Shown piece after piece: positions 37,027 to 48,492 of a stretch of DNA of 64,000 nucleotides. The stretch comes from Macrostomum lignano (Eukaryota). Each line of letters begins with the position of its first letter. The stretch's first letter is position 1. The notes below the pieces were generated by a model, which was given only the letters and a program-made list of their open reading frames with translations, had not been told where the DNA came from and did no database searches. The position numbers were made by a program, and so were the translations under genes. The DNA lies in assembly GCA_002269645.1 (NCBI GenBank), contig NIVC01001476.1, positions 191,880 to 255,879 of the forward strand. Direction: 5' to 3'.

Positions 37027-40000
37027 TCACACGCCCCTAGGCTTGAACAAGCCCTGCATCTGACTGTACGGAGCTGGCAAGCTGTAAGTCGACTGAACGA
37101 ACGAAAAATGACCCACATTGGACTCTACTGGGTGCTGCTGCCGACTTGACGACTGCGAAGATGGTTGCGGCGATGTCTCCGGCGGCACCTGCGACTGCTG
37201 AGCGATTCCCGGCATGAGAAACGACGGCCCTGTGCTGCTTGTTGGCGACTGCCTGTACCAGGGCATGCTGTACATGTAGGCTGCAGCAGCTGCCGCCGCT
37301 GCGGCGGCTTCACCCTGCTGCGGCTTGCTGAGCTTCAGCAGCTCGGGAGGCGTCCTCGGCCGTCCGGGCGGACTGCTGTCCGACTGTCCGCCCGCGCCGG
37401 CATCGTCCGTCACACCGGCGCCGCCCTGGTCGCGTTTGAACTTCGTGCGTCGGTTTTGGAACCAGACTTTCACCTGTTGCAGCAGTGAAATAGGTCGTGA
37501 GACATTTGCAACGAACTATGACGTCAGCGGTGCAAGCGGGAAATTTATTAAAATAATTGAAATTGACTACTTTTCCGTTTAATTAGTTTCGCACCTGGGT
37601 TTCAGACAGGCCCAGGGCTTTAGCCAGCTCGTTTCTCTCCCTGCCCACCATGTAGTGATTGTGCCTGAACGCCTCCTCCAGTCGGACCAGCTGATCGCTG
37701 GAAAATGTCGTCCGAGCTCGTTTTGGCCTGTCGAGATCCAGCGCTTTGGGGAAGATCATTTCCTTCAGTACGCCGTTCGAGTCTGGAAGGGAAATGGGGA
37801 TGCGATCGCTAAGTTTGAAGGGTCTTGGGACTCGTAGAACTTGTGTGTCCTATGTAAGAGTTCATATCTTGACATAAAGAGTCTGGAGTTTTGTATTAAA
37901 GACATTTTTTAGTCTTGGACTGAAGTAGCTGTGCAGTATTAGATCAAAGAATTTGTATCTAACATAGAAGGCATGTTTCTTGGATCAAAGATATGTGACT
38001 TGGATCAAAGACGTGTCTTGGATCAGAGGCTTGTCTTGGATCAAAGGCTTGTGTCTTGGATCATAGGCTTGTGTCTTGGATCAAAGGCTTGTGTCTTGGA
38101 TCAAAGGCATGTGTCTTGGATCAGAGGCATGTGTCTTGGATCAAAGGCTTGTGTCTTGGATCAGAGGCATGTGTCTTGGATCAAAGGCTTGTGTCTTGGA
38201 TCAGAGGCATGTGTCTTGGATCAAAGGCTTGTGTCTTGGATCAAAGGCATGTGTCTTGGATCAGAGGCTTGTGTCTTGGATCAAAGGCTTGTCTTGGATC
38301 AGAGGCATGTGTCTTGGATCAGAGGCATGTGTCTTGGATAAGAGGCATGTGTCTTGGATCAGAGGCATGTGTCTTGGATCAAAGGCTTGTGTCTTGGATC
38401 AGAGGCTTGTGTCTTGGATCAAAGGCATGTGTCTTGGATCAAAGGCTTGTGTCTTGGATCATAGGCTTGTGTCTTGGATCAAAGGCTTGTGTCTTGGATC
38501 AAAGGCTTGTGTCTTGGATCAAAGGCTTGTGTCTTGGATCGAAGGCATGTGTCTTGGATCAAAGGCTTGTGTCTTGGATCAAAAGCTTGTGTCTTGGATC
38601 AAAGGCTTGTGTCTTGGATCAAAGGCATGTGTCTTGGATCAAAGGCATGTGTCTTGGATCAAAGGCTTGTGTCTTGGATCAAAGGCTTGTGTCTTGGATC
38701 ATAGGCTTGTGACATAGCTAGTAAACTTTCAAGAATTTAGTCTGGAATCAAATGGATGGAAAATGGTAGGTATGTAAGCATTTGGAACAGATTCAAATCC
38801 AGCAGAAACCACTGCTGACGTGCGGGAAATTGAGTAGTAAAAATGAAAAGGACTCCGGGGGCACAGCAGGGGGGAGCAAGGCAATTTTGATAATTACCTT
38901 TGTCTCGATCCATCCAAGGAAACTGGCAACGAGAATTCCTAACCAAAAGCTCTTAACCAAAAGCTCATATTTGCAAGATACAATAAAAAGCTCACAGCAG
39001 TTCTCCCTCAAGATACATGTAGATTCGATGCTTTTTTGCGACAATTTTTTAAAATAGTTCTGACTCTCAGACCCTGACAGCAGCCGTGTGACAGTCGCGC
39101 GTATTGAGCGTGCATCTCTTTACCTTTCTAATTCCCTCCTAAGCAGAAGCTTCAGTACAGATGTTGGTATTTTATTTGATTTGAATTTTTCTACCGATGC
39201 CAGCTGGAATCCTGGTTTTCAATTTGGCATCCCGAGTTTGGAACCAGGATGCCGAATATGGCATTGCGATTCTGGCGCTCAAAAGCCCAGTTCGGCATAT
39301 CGCGATTAATTAATTGATTGTCCATCGGATATAGCGAATTTGGTAACTGTTTTTATTTGATAATTGATGAGTTTGTCAGCGATAAACACACTTCACTGAC
39401 AGCCGTTTTGCTTAATTAGTTTTTTGCCGCGCTGGAGCTGCTCTGCCAATTTAAACAAAAGACGATGGGGGACCCCTTTCAAATGGAGCGGAGTGGACCT
39501 GTTAATTGAAAACTGCCTGTTTGCTTCAGCCAGCATTGTCAATACATTGTTAATGCGGCTCTTTTTTAAATAGCTATTGCTTTTAAAAGCAGCAAGTGCC
39601 GAAACAACTGATAAAGCCATTATGCAGATTGAAAATGCTGAATAGGCACTTCAGATGCTCGGAGCGCCTATGGGGGCGGACAAACGATTTTACGACGGGG
39701 ATTATGATTTTTCAAGCAAAAGACCGATAGATGGAAAATGATGAAATGTTGGCTACCTTGTTTTAGCTGTCAGCCCACTTTTACCTTTTGCTATACTGGT
39801 AAATAACTGAATAAATAGATTTACACCGCCTGAACTCCCGTGATTTACACCCTGATCCCTCACAGTATGACCCGCTGCTACACCCTGATCCCCCACAGTA
39901 TGACCCGCTGCTACACCCTGATCCCCCACAGTATGACCCGCTGCTACACCCTGAACCCTCACAGTATGACCCGCTGCTACACCTTGAACCCTCACAGTGT

Positions 40001-40451
40001 GACCCGCTGCTACACCCTGATCCCTCACAGTGTGACCCGCTGCTACACCCTGATCCCCCACAGTATGACCCGCTGCTACACCCTGAACCCCCACAGTGTG
40101 ACCCGCAGCTACACCCTGATCCCCCACAGTATGACCCGCAGCTACACCCTGATCCCTCACAGTGTGACCTGCAGCTACACCCTGATCCCCCACAGTATGA
40201 CCCGCTGCTACACCTTGAACCCTCACAGTGTGACCCGCTGCTACACCCTGATCCCTCACAGTGTGACCCGCTGCTACACCCTGATCCCCCACAGTGTGAC
40301 CCTATACATAATTGCAATCGCACTCACCCCTGACAGTCAGCTTGCGGCAATAGTCTGGCAGAGGGTTTTGTTGACATGGTTGATACTGCGGCTGAGACGA
40401 CGGCTGCGGCTGCTGAAATCCATGACGCTCTTGATGGTGGTGGTTGAACAT
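37027..40451 (-). CDS. VAX: Vax homeobox protein; exon 2 carries an apparent 1-nt deletion
   Basis: Exon 40451-40328 ends [10 protein letters not shown]; exon 37781-37595 reads [63 protein letters not shown]; exon 37473-37027 starts [15 protein letters not shown]. The DYCR..VRD...[12 protein letters not shown] motif is Vax-specific. Confidence 0.92.
37990..38712. repeat. 20-mer minisatellite TCTTGGATCAAAGGCTTGTG
   Basis: Direct inspection; Vax intron 1. Confidence 0.95.
39843..40300. repeat. 33-mer minisatellite CCCTGATCCCCCACAGTATGACCCGCTGCTACA
   Basis: 11-aa periodic artefact ORFs; ends about 25 nt from the Vax exon 1 donor. Confidence 0.95.
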
Positions 40452-41639
40452 TCTCCGCTACAGCTGATCGCGGTTGTCCAACAATGATATCAGAGATGTA
40501 TTGTTCTAACAACCAGTTGTGGGAGAAACAATAAACTGTGAAAGTTGACTTATTTCAATAATTAAAAAATTAATAAGCGCCAGCGGAATGGGGCCAGAGA
40601 AATGTTTGTGGCCACTAAGCGCAGTTCTATTAGTAGCAAATATTGGTTTGGAGCAGAAGTGAAGGCAGCGAACACAGGCCAGAGTGAGGTGTGCAAGTTG
40701 AGCACGATTGCGAACACGAGAGAAGCTGGTGCTCAACGGAGACAAACAGTTTTGGATTGGCGACTTGGGGGGGGGTCGTGTCGCAGAGTGGCGGGGGGAT
40801 TTAATTTCGGGCGGCTCCCCGCGGCGACCACTCTCGCTTTCAATGGTGTCAGCACGGGCCTTAATTAGGCTGGGCCCCTGTCTCGCAGGGTTGCTAAATG
40901 AAATCAGAGGCCTGCAGGAGGACAGAAAGACAAGCCTGGAAGAGGAGCGGATGCTGTGTAATTACCTGCTGGGTCGGGCAGCGGAGACGCCTCGGTCGCG
41001 TTTTGTGCCTTCGAGAGTCGAGAGGGGGAAGCGCGGCGGTCGACGACTCGCTGCAGGTGATGGCAATTAATTTTATTCGCTTATTGTTTGCGCTGGCAAT
41101 TATAAACTGATCGAGAGAGAGAGAGAGAGAGAGAGACGCGCTTGAGGGCAGGCAGAGCATGGGGTTGGCGCGGGGTGGGGTTATTCTAACAAACAATGCA
41201 ATGGGCCGCACTGCCCCACCCACTCGTCCCGCATCCATTGGCGGCAGGAATCCCCAAGCCGATCGAGCTTCGGTTCCACGGGCCCTGGCCCAAGCCCCGC
41301 GTCAGACCGCTTTGATTCGCTGTGGGTTTCCTGTGTTAGCCGGGAGTGGAATTGCTCAGTAGATTACATGAAATTGGCGTGGGATAATAAGTGTACGGCT
41401 TGTAGCCTCGAGTTTGTAATTACACTTCAAGAGCAAGCGGAGCAATCAGAGCTGTTGGTTTGCGATCATTTATTTTGGCGCGCATTATTATGGCGTCCAA
41501 CCAAAGGCTACTCGTATTCTCAAAAAGATGAACGCACACAGTAGAATTTTACCTGGCCAAAACTTCCTTCGTCAACAAAAGACGTCACCCAAAGTTTGGA
41601 AAATTTAATAAAAGATTTTGACGGCAAACACGCATCATG

Positions 41640-41830
41640 CCAAGGTCTCTTGGTTCCAATCCGCTCTGCAGTCCCATTTCTGCGGGATTGGTGCGCGTAA
41701 AAGCAAGCGGCCTGGGGGCTTGTCGTATCGACCAACCCCTGAGGTAAAGGGTGTGTGTTTGTGTGTACACAGCTATGTTATGAGAAAATCAGGGTCGCTG
41801 TACACCCTCCTGTACACCCTGCCGACCGTG
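41640..41830 (+). mobile_element. Diverged SINE (family A) copy
   Basis: GGTTCCAATCC B-box-like motif and GAAAATCAGGGTCGCTGTACACCCT core. Confidence 0.5.
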
Positions 41831-42818
41831 GGTCCTCTTGGGGCTACAGGCGGCCAGGTAATCACTGAAAAGAGGGCTTAAAAGCTTGGATGGGTTGAGA
41901 CGAATTCGGGGCAAAATTTATGCTGTGTTATATTTTCTTCTTTTGTGTTTAGTGTCTTTCCCTAGTACTCGGAGCATGCTTAACGTTCTTGGTTTTCGGT
42001 AGATTTGCTGCGGCTTAAATAAATTACACAATTGGTAGTATTGGCAGCGCAGCGATTTTTCCATCTTGGGTCATTGCTTTAAAAGGTTTTTTCGTAGATT
42101 ATATGAATAATTGCTCGGATGTAATTGCTGCCTTTTGGTCGGGGTTGTCCTTGCGGGGACCAGGTGTGGGCATCGCGGTCTGAGTCCCGAGGAAGACCAA
42201 ACCATGCAAAGCAATTTTCGTTGTCCAAATGAACATCAATGTGTAGCAGAAAAATTGTTGCTCCTACCTGGCTTTGAAGTTTGCTTTACCTTGCCTGCCA
42301 CAGCTGCTTGCGAGGAATTAAATGCTATTTTTTTTCTACCAGCTGATTGATAAGATTTCACATGGATCTTTTTAACCGATTTTTTTCTTCTTTTGCAAAG
42401 AGCAAGAGAGAAAATTACGATGCAAGTCAGGATTTGGACAAAACTTGATCTATGAATGAATTTGCACTAAAGTAACGTATGCAATGAGTGTAAATTTATT
42501 GTAAAAAGTGAGCAGATTACTGAAGACTGAGTACATGGACCAAGTTGCTCTTCATTCTGTGAAGAGGTACAAAACGACCCAACGACTTTTCCGAGACGGC
42601 CTTTCTAAGAATGCTTCTTAGATGCTAATTATTTCTTTCTAAGATGGGTTGATTCGGACGAACTGTATGCCAAAGGCTAACGGAATGCTGACGGAATTCA
42701 GCGGCTCGGCTAACTTGTTCCCGACGTCCGGGAGGCTTTGCCTGGACTGACTTTCCAGTTTTGTAAGGACAGTCCAGCAGTTACGTGCTAGACCGCCAGA
42801 ATGCGGCGTTGTTCCAGG

Positions 42819-43228
42819 GGGGAGTACGAGAATTTTCCGCAGGAAGTTTTCCCGCCGAGGTTTTCCCGCTGGAGGTTTTCCCGCAGAATTTTTCCTGTCG
42901 AAATTTCAAGTCAAATATAGTCTATAGACAATGCTAGACTAGAGTAGACTAGACTAGACTAGACTACACATTAACTAGACTAGATTAAAAACTAGACCAG
43001 ACTAGATTAAAAACTAGACCAGACTAGATTAAAAACTAGACCAGACTAGATTAAAAACTAGACTAGACTAGATTAAAAACTAGGCTAGACTAGATTTCAA
43101 TAATACGATTGGAGTTGACTTGAAATTCCGAACTGGAAAAACTCTCACGCGAAAACCTCGCTGCGGGAAAAGCTTGTGCAGGCAAACATCGGCGGGAAAA
43201 CTTCCTGCGGGAAATTCTCTATAGACCC
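42819..43228. mobile_element. Foldback MITE with about 100-bp repetitive TIRs, GGG/CCC ends and an 8-bp TSD (Merlin-like)
   Basis: TSD GTTCCAGG at 42811-42818 and 43229-43236; arms GAGAATTTTCCGCAGGAAGTTTTCCCGCCG / CGGCGGGAAAACTTCCTGCGGGAAATTCTC; CTAGA tandem array inside. Confidence 0.8.
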
Positions 43229-44840
43229 GTTCCAGGTGGGTAGTGTGGAGACCTCATCGCCCGATCAGCAGGTTGACGCGGTACATGCACGTCTTTCACT
43301 AGGTCGGCGACGAGCAATCAGTCACCAACGAGGAAACTCTATCTGGAACCTGACAGAGTTTCTTCTTGTTGCGCCACTTTTACAGCTGTAGTCTAGTTCC
43401 AAGCTGCAATCGGCTAATCGTATTGGCAGTTACTTGAAATAAATTTTTTTGAAAGGTTGTTTTGATGTTTCATAACATAGTACATGTACATGTATATGTG
43501 ATAAAAAGGCTGCTATCCAAGAATTCACTATACTTGTAGTAAAACATGAGGTGCGTATGATGATTTTCTGATGAAAAAATTTTTCTTGCATCGTGAACTT
43601 TGACTTACTTTTGCATATATGTAAATTTGTAGCATAATGCATCGATTGATGAATTTGAGCAATCAGAGCTTTTGACGGCTGCCGCAGTGGCCAGCCAGAA
43701 ACTCAGCTAGTAGGGTTTATTTTCTTGGGGAGGGGGCTATCTGAATCACAGAAGATCAAAACACTTTATTACTGTTTAACAGATGTGTGAAGAAAAGGTT
43801 CCCAAAAACTTTTGACATTGATTTATAGGCGCGGCGGAAGAAGAGAAACACAATTTGTACATTGTATTGGGCGGGGGGCAACACAGGGCATGTAAATTCT
43901 GATATATTTTGGATAGAGGAAGCCTTTTTATAATTGTAACATTATTTAGTCATTTAGGCATATATTAGAGTATTTAATATTCTGCGTGCAGCAGCTGCAT
44001 ACAGCATACAATTAAGGACCACTACACTTCGTTATATGAAGTCTAGTAGTCCTTGACAGCATACTGCGAAAACATGTAATTGGGGAAGGCACCCCCCCAA
44101 AAAATTGTTGGTCGGGCAATCGCCCAAACCCTGCTCCCTGAGTCAGTCACTGATGGACATGATTTCGAGGGGGGATGGGGCGGCCCAAGGCCAGCAGGAG
44201 CAGCGGACCACAAACAAACCAAATTTGTCTATTTAGACCCATCCTGCAGTGTAATTCAACTTTCTGGTTTTGCTAAGAAAGTAATCCGGGAGTGTTTTCC
44301 TCTGCAACTCTAAACATGGACAACTAGCTAATACCTCAGGACGTTGACAATTTTTCCGGAATTTTCCCATTATTCGGAACATGCCACCCGTGTTCACGAC
44401 GTAAAGCCAAAACGCGCACTTCCCGGCTTCACCCGCGAAGCTTCATTTTATTGGAGGGAATTTAAACTGCTACATAAATCTAAGAAATGCAGTACATTTT
44501 GTATACCTTACTTTGATAACTTTTTAAGTAACAAAACAATATCGTTACCTTTCTTTCTGAACGACCCGTATGCACTTGACTTTTAATTTTTGCTTTTCTC
44601 TGCATTTACTCCATCTAATATTTTACATAGGAAATCTTGGTTATTGTAATTATTAATGTGTGCAGTGTTTATATGTTGTATGTAAATTTTAATTTATGGC
44701 TTTTTATAGCCAAATAGTTCAGGACCTCAGATCAGGATTTATCTGTTAGAAAATAGGGCCTACTGGAAGTTATTGTGAGAAATAAAAAGATACTGCTTTG
44801 CTTTTACTGAAACTTATAAAACTTGTTACTTTGATGGATT

Positions 44841-44989
44841 CAGGTGCAGATCCAGAAAATTTTGAATGGGGGCACAGATTACTAAAGGTACATATGTACA
44901 TGATAGTGTATTTTCCATATAAAAACTAAAAAAATCTAACTCAATGGGGGTGCTCCCTGATCCTGTGTCCTCCGTTAAATCTGCCACTG
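44841..44989. mobile_element. hAT-like MITE, same family as 10544-10701
   Basis: Termini CAGGTGCAGATCCAG / TAAATCTGCCACTG; TSD GATGGATT/AATGGATT (7 of 8 match). Confidence 0.7.
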
Positions 44990-45335
44990 AATGGATTAAT
45001 TTTTATCAAAGGCCTAGGAAATCAATATTTGATTTTTAATGACACATTGGTATTATATTAGTAGTAAAGACCCAGTATGCTAGTAGAATATAATATAACA
45101 TTCATTTTCAAGCAGCATATTTTTTATAAATATTTTAATTTAGATTTACAACTATCTAATAACAAAAATTTATACTTGATTAAAAAAGCAATATTTCACT
45201 TAAATATTTATTTTTTTAATTTGATAATTTGATAATCTTTGTTTCAATTACAACATAGTCATAAGCCTTTTGCAATGATATTTATATATATGTTTTAATT
45301 GCTATAAAATTAATATCTACTTTATAATATATATG

Positions 45336-45724
45336 CGCAACCTTGGGAATCACTCAGCTGTTTCTATTGGCAACACACACATATAAGTCACTATTGGTTG
45401 AAAGCAGTCACATGACTACTATTCTGTCCTAGGGCAATTCTGAGTAGCCCTTTTTAATATTTGAAGCTTGAGCTTGTGTAGATGTCGGGTATAGATTGTG
45501 TCTAGATGTCTGATTAGATTGTGCTGAGATATCTGACTAGATTGTGCTTAGATATCTGACTAGATTGTGTTTAGATATCTGACTAGATTGTGCTGAGATA
45601 TCTGACTAGATTGTGCTGAGATACCTGACTAGTCTCATTGTGTCACATGACTACTATTCTGTCCAATAGTGACTTACATGTGTGTGTTGCCAATAGAAAT
45701 GGCCAGGTGAATCCCTAAGTTGTG
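45336..45724. mobile_element. MITE with about 55-bp TIRs containing an inserted copy of the GGCT 3' end
   Basis: TTTCTATTGGCAACACACACATATAAGTCACTATTGG is inverted to CCAATAGTGACTTACATGTGTGTGTTGCCAATAGAAA; insert 45430-45641 lies between 23-bp direct repeats. Confidence 0.8.
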
Positions 45725-46125
45725 TCCAAGCATGCTTTATAATAAGTTTTTCCTTAAGTAGTTATTAATAGGCCTATCAAAGTAAATAAAATTAAAAACT
45801 ATTTTCACTAGATCTACCTAATTTAATGATTGACAATTCAAAGTAATATTCTATTTCTTTTTGCTTTTTGATTGGCTATAAATCACTTAAGTCTTTATAA
45901 AACTATTATTTACACTATGGTGGACCATTGTTTAAATGATAAGAAAGTAATCAATTTCATAACTAAATAGTAATGAATATGTGCTCATCTGCTGAGTTCT
46001 TTTTGAGCAACTATTCAAGCTGTATCTCTCCTATGTGAGCGATCTCAACCTGAAAATTTTTGTCCAAGTTCTCATGTCTCTTGATGTCATAGACAGTCAG
46101 CACGCCCTCAGCAGCCAATCAAATC

Positions 46126-46749
46126 ATGTCAGTCTCCTCTCTGGCCCGCCCCGGCCGATTTCTCTACTTCGGTTTTGGCAGCAACCTGCTGCGTGAGCGG
46201 CTTCGTCTGGCCAACAAGTCGGCCAAATTTCAGGCCACCGGCCGCCTGTCCGGTTATCGGCTGGAATTCGCCGACCCATCGCATTCGCTGCCGCAGTCGG
46301 ATCGCGATAAAGCGCAGCGCACTTGGCACGGCGGCGCGGCCACTATAGTTGAAGCCGACGCCCAGAAGTTTGTCTTTGGCACCGTCTGGTCCCTAGCCGA
46401 TGGCGACTCCGACTCGTTGGACAGTCAGGAAGGCGTCGACAGTGGAATCTACGAGCGAATCAGCGTGACAGTCAGGCTGCTGGACTCCGGGCAGGAGGTC
46501 CGGTGCCGCAGCTACCGCATGGTCCGCTGCCAGCCCATGGCCCCGTCGCCGCACTATCTCGACATCATCCTCCGCGGCGCCGTTCAATCCGGCTTTCCAG
46601 CCGACTATGTCGACAATTTGCGCAAACGGCAGCACAATGGCTACGCTGGCGAGTGCATAAAATACTTTGAAGTGTTGCGGCAGTGCGCGGCAGCCGCTGA
46701 TGATGTACCGCCATGCCAGATTGATGCGCTGCGCGGCCTGCAATTCTGA
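46126..46749 (+). CDS. GGCT: Gamma-glutamylcyclotransferase (intronless, 207 aa)
   Basis: LYFGFGSNL, WHGGAATI, LDSQEGV (catalytic Glu) and PSPHYL motifs. Confidence 0.92.
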   Translation: MSVSSLARPGRFLYFGFGSNLLRERLRLANKSAKFQATGRLSGYRLEFADPSHSLPQSDRDKAQRTWHGGAATIVEADAQKFVFGTVWSLADGDSDSLDSQEGVDSGIYERISVTVRLLDSGQEVRCRSYRMVRCQPMAPSPHYLDIILRGAVQSGFPADYVDNLRKRQHNGYAGECIKYFEVLRQCAAAADDVPPCQIDALRGLQF

Positions 46750-46799
46750 GTAGCTCTTTTTAATATTCAAAGCTTGAGCTTGTGTAGATGTCGGGTATA

Positions 46800-47597
46800 G
46801 ATTGTGTCTAGATGTCTGATTAGATTATGCTGAGATATCTGACTAGATTGTGTCTAGATGTCTGATTAGATTATGCTGAGATATCTGACTAGATTGTGCT
46901 GAGATATCTGACTAGATTGTGCTGAGATATCTGACTAGATTGTGCTGAGATATCTGACTAGATTGAGCTGAGATATCTGACTAGATTGTGTCTAGATGTC
47001 TGATTAGATTGTGCTGAGATATCTGACTAGATTGTGCTGAGATATCTGACTAGATTGAGCTGAGATATCTGACTAGATTGTGCTGAGATATCTGACTAGA
47101 TTGTGCTGAGATATCTGACTAGATTGTGCTGAGATATCTGACTAGATTGTGCTGAGATATCTGACTAGATTGTGCTGAGATATCTGACTAGATTGTGCTG
47201 AGATATCTGACTAGATTGTGCTGAGATATCTGACTAGATTGTGCTGAGATATCTGACTAGATTGTGCTGAGATATCTGACTAGATTGTGCTGAGATATCT
47301 GACTAGATTGTGCTGAGATATCTGACTAGATTGTGCTGAGATATCTGACTAGATTGTGCTGAGATATCTGACTAGATTGTGCTGAGATATCTGACTAGAT
47401 TGTGCTGAGATATCTGACTAGATTGTGCTGAGATATCTGACTAGATTGTGCTGAGATATCTGACTAGATTGTGCTGAGATATCTGACTAGATTGTGCTGA
47501 GATATCTGACTAGATTGTGCTGAGATATCTGACTAGATTGTGCTGAGATATCTGACTAGATTGTGCTGAGATATCTGACTAGATTGTGCTGAGATAC
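46800..47597. repeat. 23-mer satellite ATTGTGCTGAGATATCTGACTAG just 3' of the GGCT stop
   Basis: Direct inspection. Confidence 0.97.
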
Positions 47598-48319
47598 AGT
47601 GTATCTGTCTGGGTGAAATCCTAAAGCTGCAATTTTCAACTAATTTTTGTATATTTCAAGCTTCAATTGTGCCGAATATTGCTTTTAATAAAGATATCGC
47701 TTGTTCTATGCATAATGGGCGACAGGGTACATTTATAGTCTGCATCGAAGAATGTTGATACGTTTTAGATCTTCAGTGATTTCTTTCTACTCTGTGTTGA
47801 CGGGTCTCTGGGCAGCAGGCTGAGTTGTTCAATTTGAAACCTGGTGGGAAACCTCATGAGCGGCTCTTGAAGTGCTTATTTGAAATATAAATGTTAGCGT
47901 TATGTTATTGCAATATTTATTACTAGAAAGTTCCTATAAAATCGATTATCATCAAACTTTAATCTGTTGGAGTTCAAAAGTGATTTTTTTCTCCAAGTTA
48001 TTACTTACAGTAGATAGTTAAATAAATGTAAATAGATGTACAATCTGGCTTTTCCCGAAGTTATTCCCCGATGCATGAGGTCTATTGTGCCCTAAAATCT
48101 GGTTCAATCCGGAATTAATGTTTAGCGACTTTGTCTATGAAATTTTACATTCTTCAGCTATAGATTAGCAATCCATTATAGTATATAGTTTAGCAATACA
48201 CATTCTGGTCTATAGATTAGCAATCCACTAGTTCCATGTTTAGCGACTTTGCTTATGGAAGTTTACATTCTTCAGCTATAGATTAGCAACCAACTAGTCT
48301 ATACAAAACTCAATATTAT

Positions 48320-48359
48320 TTGCGACGCGTTTCGGCTAAAACTAGCCATCTTCAGGCAC
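48320..48359 (-). ncRNA. Mirror-image hammerhead ribozyme on the minus strand
   Basis: Exact reverse complement of 48402-48441; predicted cleavage at 48324. Confidence 0.75.
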
Positions 48360-48401
48360 TATCGAACAGAATTTATTTCAACCTGTTCAATCTGTTCGAT
48401 A

Positions 48402-48441
48402 GTGCCTGAAGATGGCTAGTTTTAGCCGAAACGCGTCGCAA
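48402..48441 (+). ncRNA. Minimal type I hammerhead ribozyme (Penelope pLTR type)
   Basis: GTGC-CTGAAGA-T-GGCTA-GTTT-TAGCC-GAAA-CGCG-TC|GCA: catalytic core, 5-bp helix II, palindromic helix III (ACGCGT), GUC site after 48437, short helix I (TGC/GCA). Confidence 0.75.
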
Positions 48442-48492
48442 ATAATATTGAGTTTTGTCTTACTATTATCTGTTAAGAGTGCTTCTCTACCG

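Larger units (their letters stand above)
48304..48492. mobile_element. Truncated Penelope-like element insertion (inverted pLTR pair) with a 13-bp TSD
   Basis: TSD CAACTAGTCTATA at 48291-48303 and 48493-48505; perfect 67-bp inverted repeat (48304-48370 / 48391-48457) plus a 35-nt tail. Confidence 0.75.

Noticed and set aside
42640-43390. GC-richer flanks of the Merlin-like MITE as a disrupted gene
   Set aside because: Rejoining the flanks gave stops in the plus frames examined and no recognisable motif in any frame examined
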